Made by a program: the position numbers and the translations under genes. 64,000 nucleotides of DNA from Octopus bimaculoides (lineage: Eukaryota). The notes under the pieces are model-generated. The model saw only the letters and a list, made by a program, of their open reading frames with translations. It was not told the origin of the DNA and made no database searches. The stretch's first letter is position 1, and every line of letters starts with the position of its first letter. Positions 63,225 through 64,000 of the stretch are shown here, in pieces. Location: contig NC_068986.1 of the NCBI RefSeq assembly GCF_001194135.2, positions 38,199,178 to 38,263,177 of the forward strand. Direction: 5' to 3'.

Positions 63225-63602
63225 AGATAATCATTATCATTCTTCGTTTTGCTTTTATAGTTTCAAAGGCCTTTGATATGTCATTGTTACCGCAACTGTT
63301 CACTGTTAAAATTTGATTTGCAGACATTCTGTTCACTTTCCTGGGGCTATTCTATAGGTACTATATATTTAGATTAGTAGGATTAGCTGCACAGTGGAAG
63401 AAATGTGGGAAAGCGTGTGGAGTGTGATTGCAATCAAGACATATGATGGTGATTTCTGGATCTATGCTGCTGTGACATTTAGTATGGCCTAAAACCTAGA
63501 GCACAAATATGCTCGTAAACATCTTTGTTTCTCATGGTAGACATTCTTCTTTCTTACTGATTTTGAGCTGGTCTGGTGGTGAGTAGTTTTACAGTACTGT
63601 GA

Positions 63603-63915
63603 CTGGCACTCTGTCAGTTACGATGACGATGGTTCCAGTTGATCCAATCAATGGAATAACTTCCTCATGAAATTAATGTGCAAGTGGCTGAGCACTCCAT
63701 GGATACATGTACCCTCAACATAGTTTTCAGGGAGATTCAGTGTGACACAGAATGTGACAAGGCTGGCTCTTTGAAATACAGGTACTACACACTTTTGCTA
63801 GCTGACTGGACTGGAGCAATGTGAAATAAAATGCCTTGCTCAAGGACACAGCACATCACCAGGAATTGAACTTGCGACCTCATGATCATGAACCGAATAC
63901 CCTAACCACTAAGTC
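63603..63915 (-). mobile_element. Family C SINE
   Basis: GGTTCCAGTTGATCC...GCAAGTGGCTGAGCACTCC...GAATTGAACT...CCTAACCACTAAG. Confidence 0.8.
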
Positions 63916-64000
63916 CCACAATTTCTGTTGTACCGTGTGAAGCTGATAACTGTGAATCACATCCTCAACTGGTCAGGTTTTTTCAGTGTCAATTCTTGGT

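Overview
AT-rich, repeat-saturated animal genomic DNA with many N gaps, most of them flanked by (TA)n. The SINE families and microsatellite load suggest an octopus (inference, not checked against a database). No intact protein-coding gene, rRNA, true tRNA or CRISPR array is recognisable. Nearly all listed ORFs are microsatellite or gap artefacts; the real coding signal is decayed transposon protein. Recognisable content: (1) dozens of copies of about five SINE/short-repeat families, called A-E here; (2) a Dong/R4-type RLE non-LTR 3' end sitting in (TAA)n; (3) two DD37D-type (maT-like) and one mariner transposase remnant; (4) a Penelope-like element with a GIY-YIG C-terminal remnant, an inverted pseudo-LTR and a degenerate minimal hammerhead motif; (5) Tc1/mariner, hAT and piggyBac-like MITEs; (6) a decayed Gypsy element at about 42.3-49.7 kb carrying five nested insertions with visible junctions. 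The most unusual structures are a repeat-spacer-like array of three different-aged SINEs, each bounded by a regenerated 16-bp target site (36.3-37.0 kb), and a ~120-bp satellite amplified from a SINE tail (30.9-32.1 kb). A CpG-retaining domain (~42-59 kb) lies between CpG-depleted flanks, which hints at methylated gene bodies on either side. Coordinates of decayed repeats are approximate (tens of bp) unless TSDs or TIRs are quoted.
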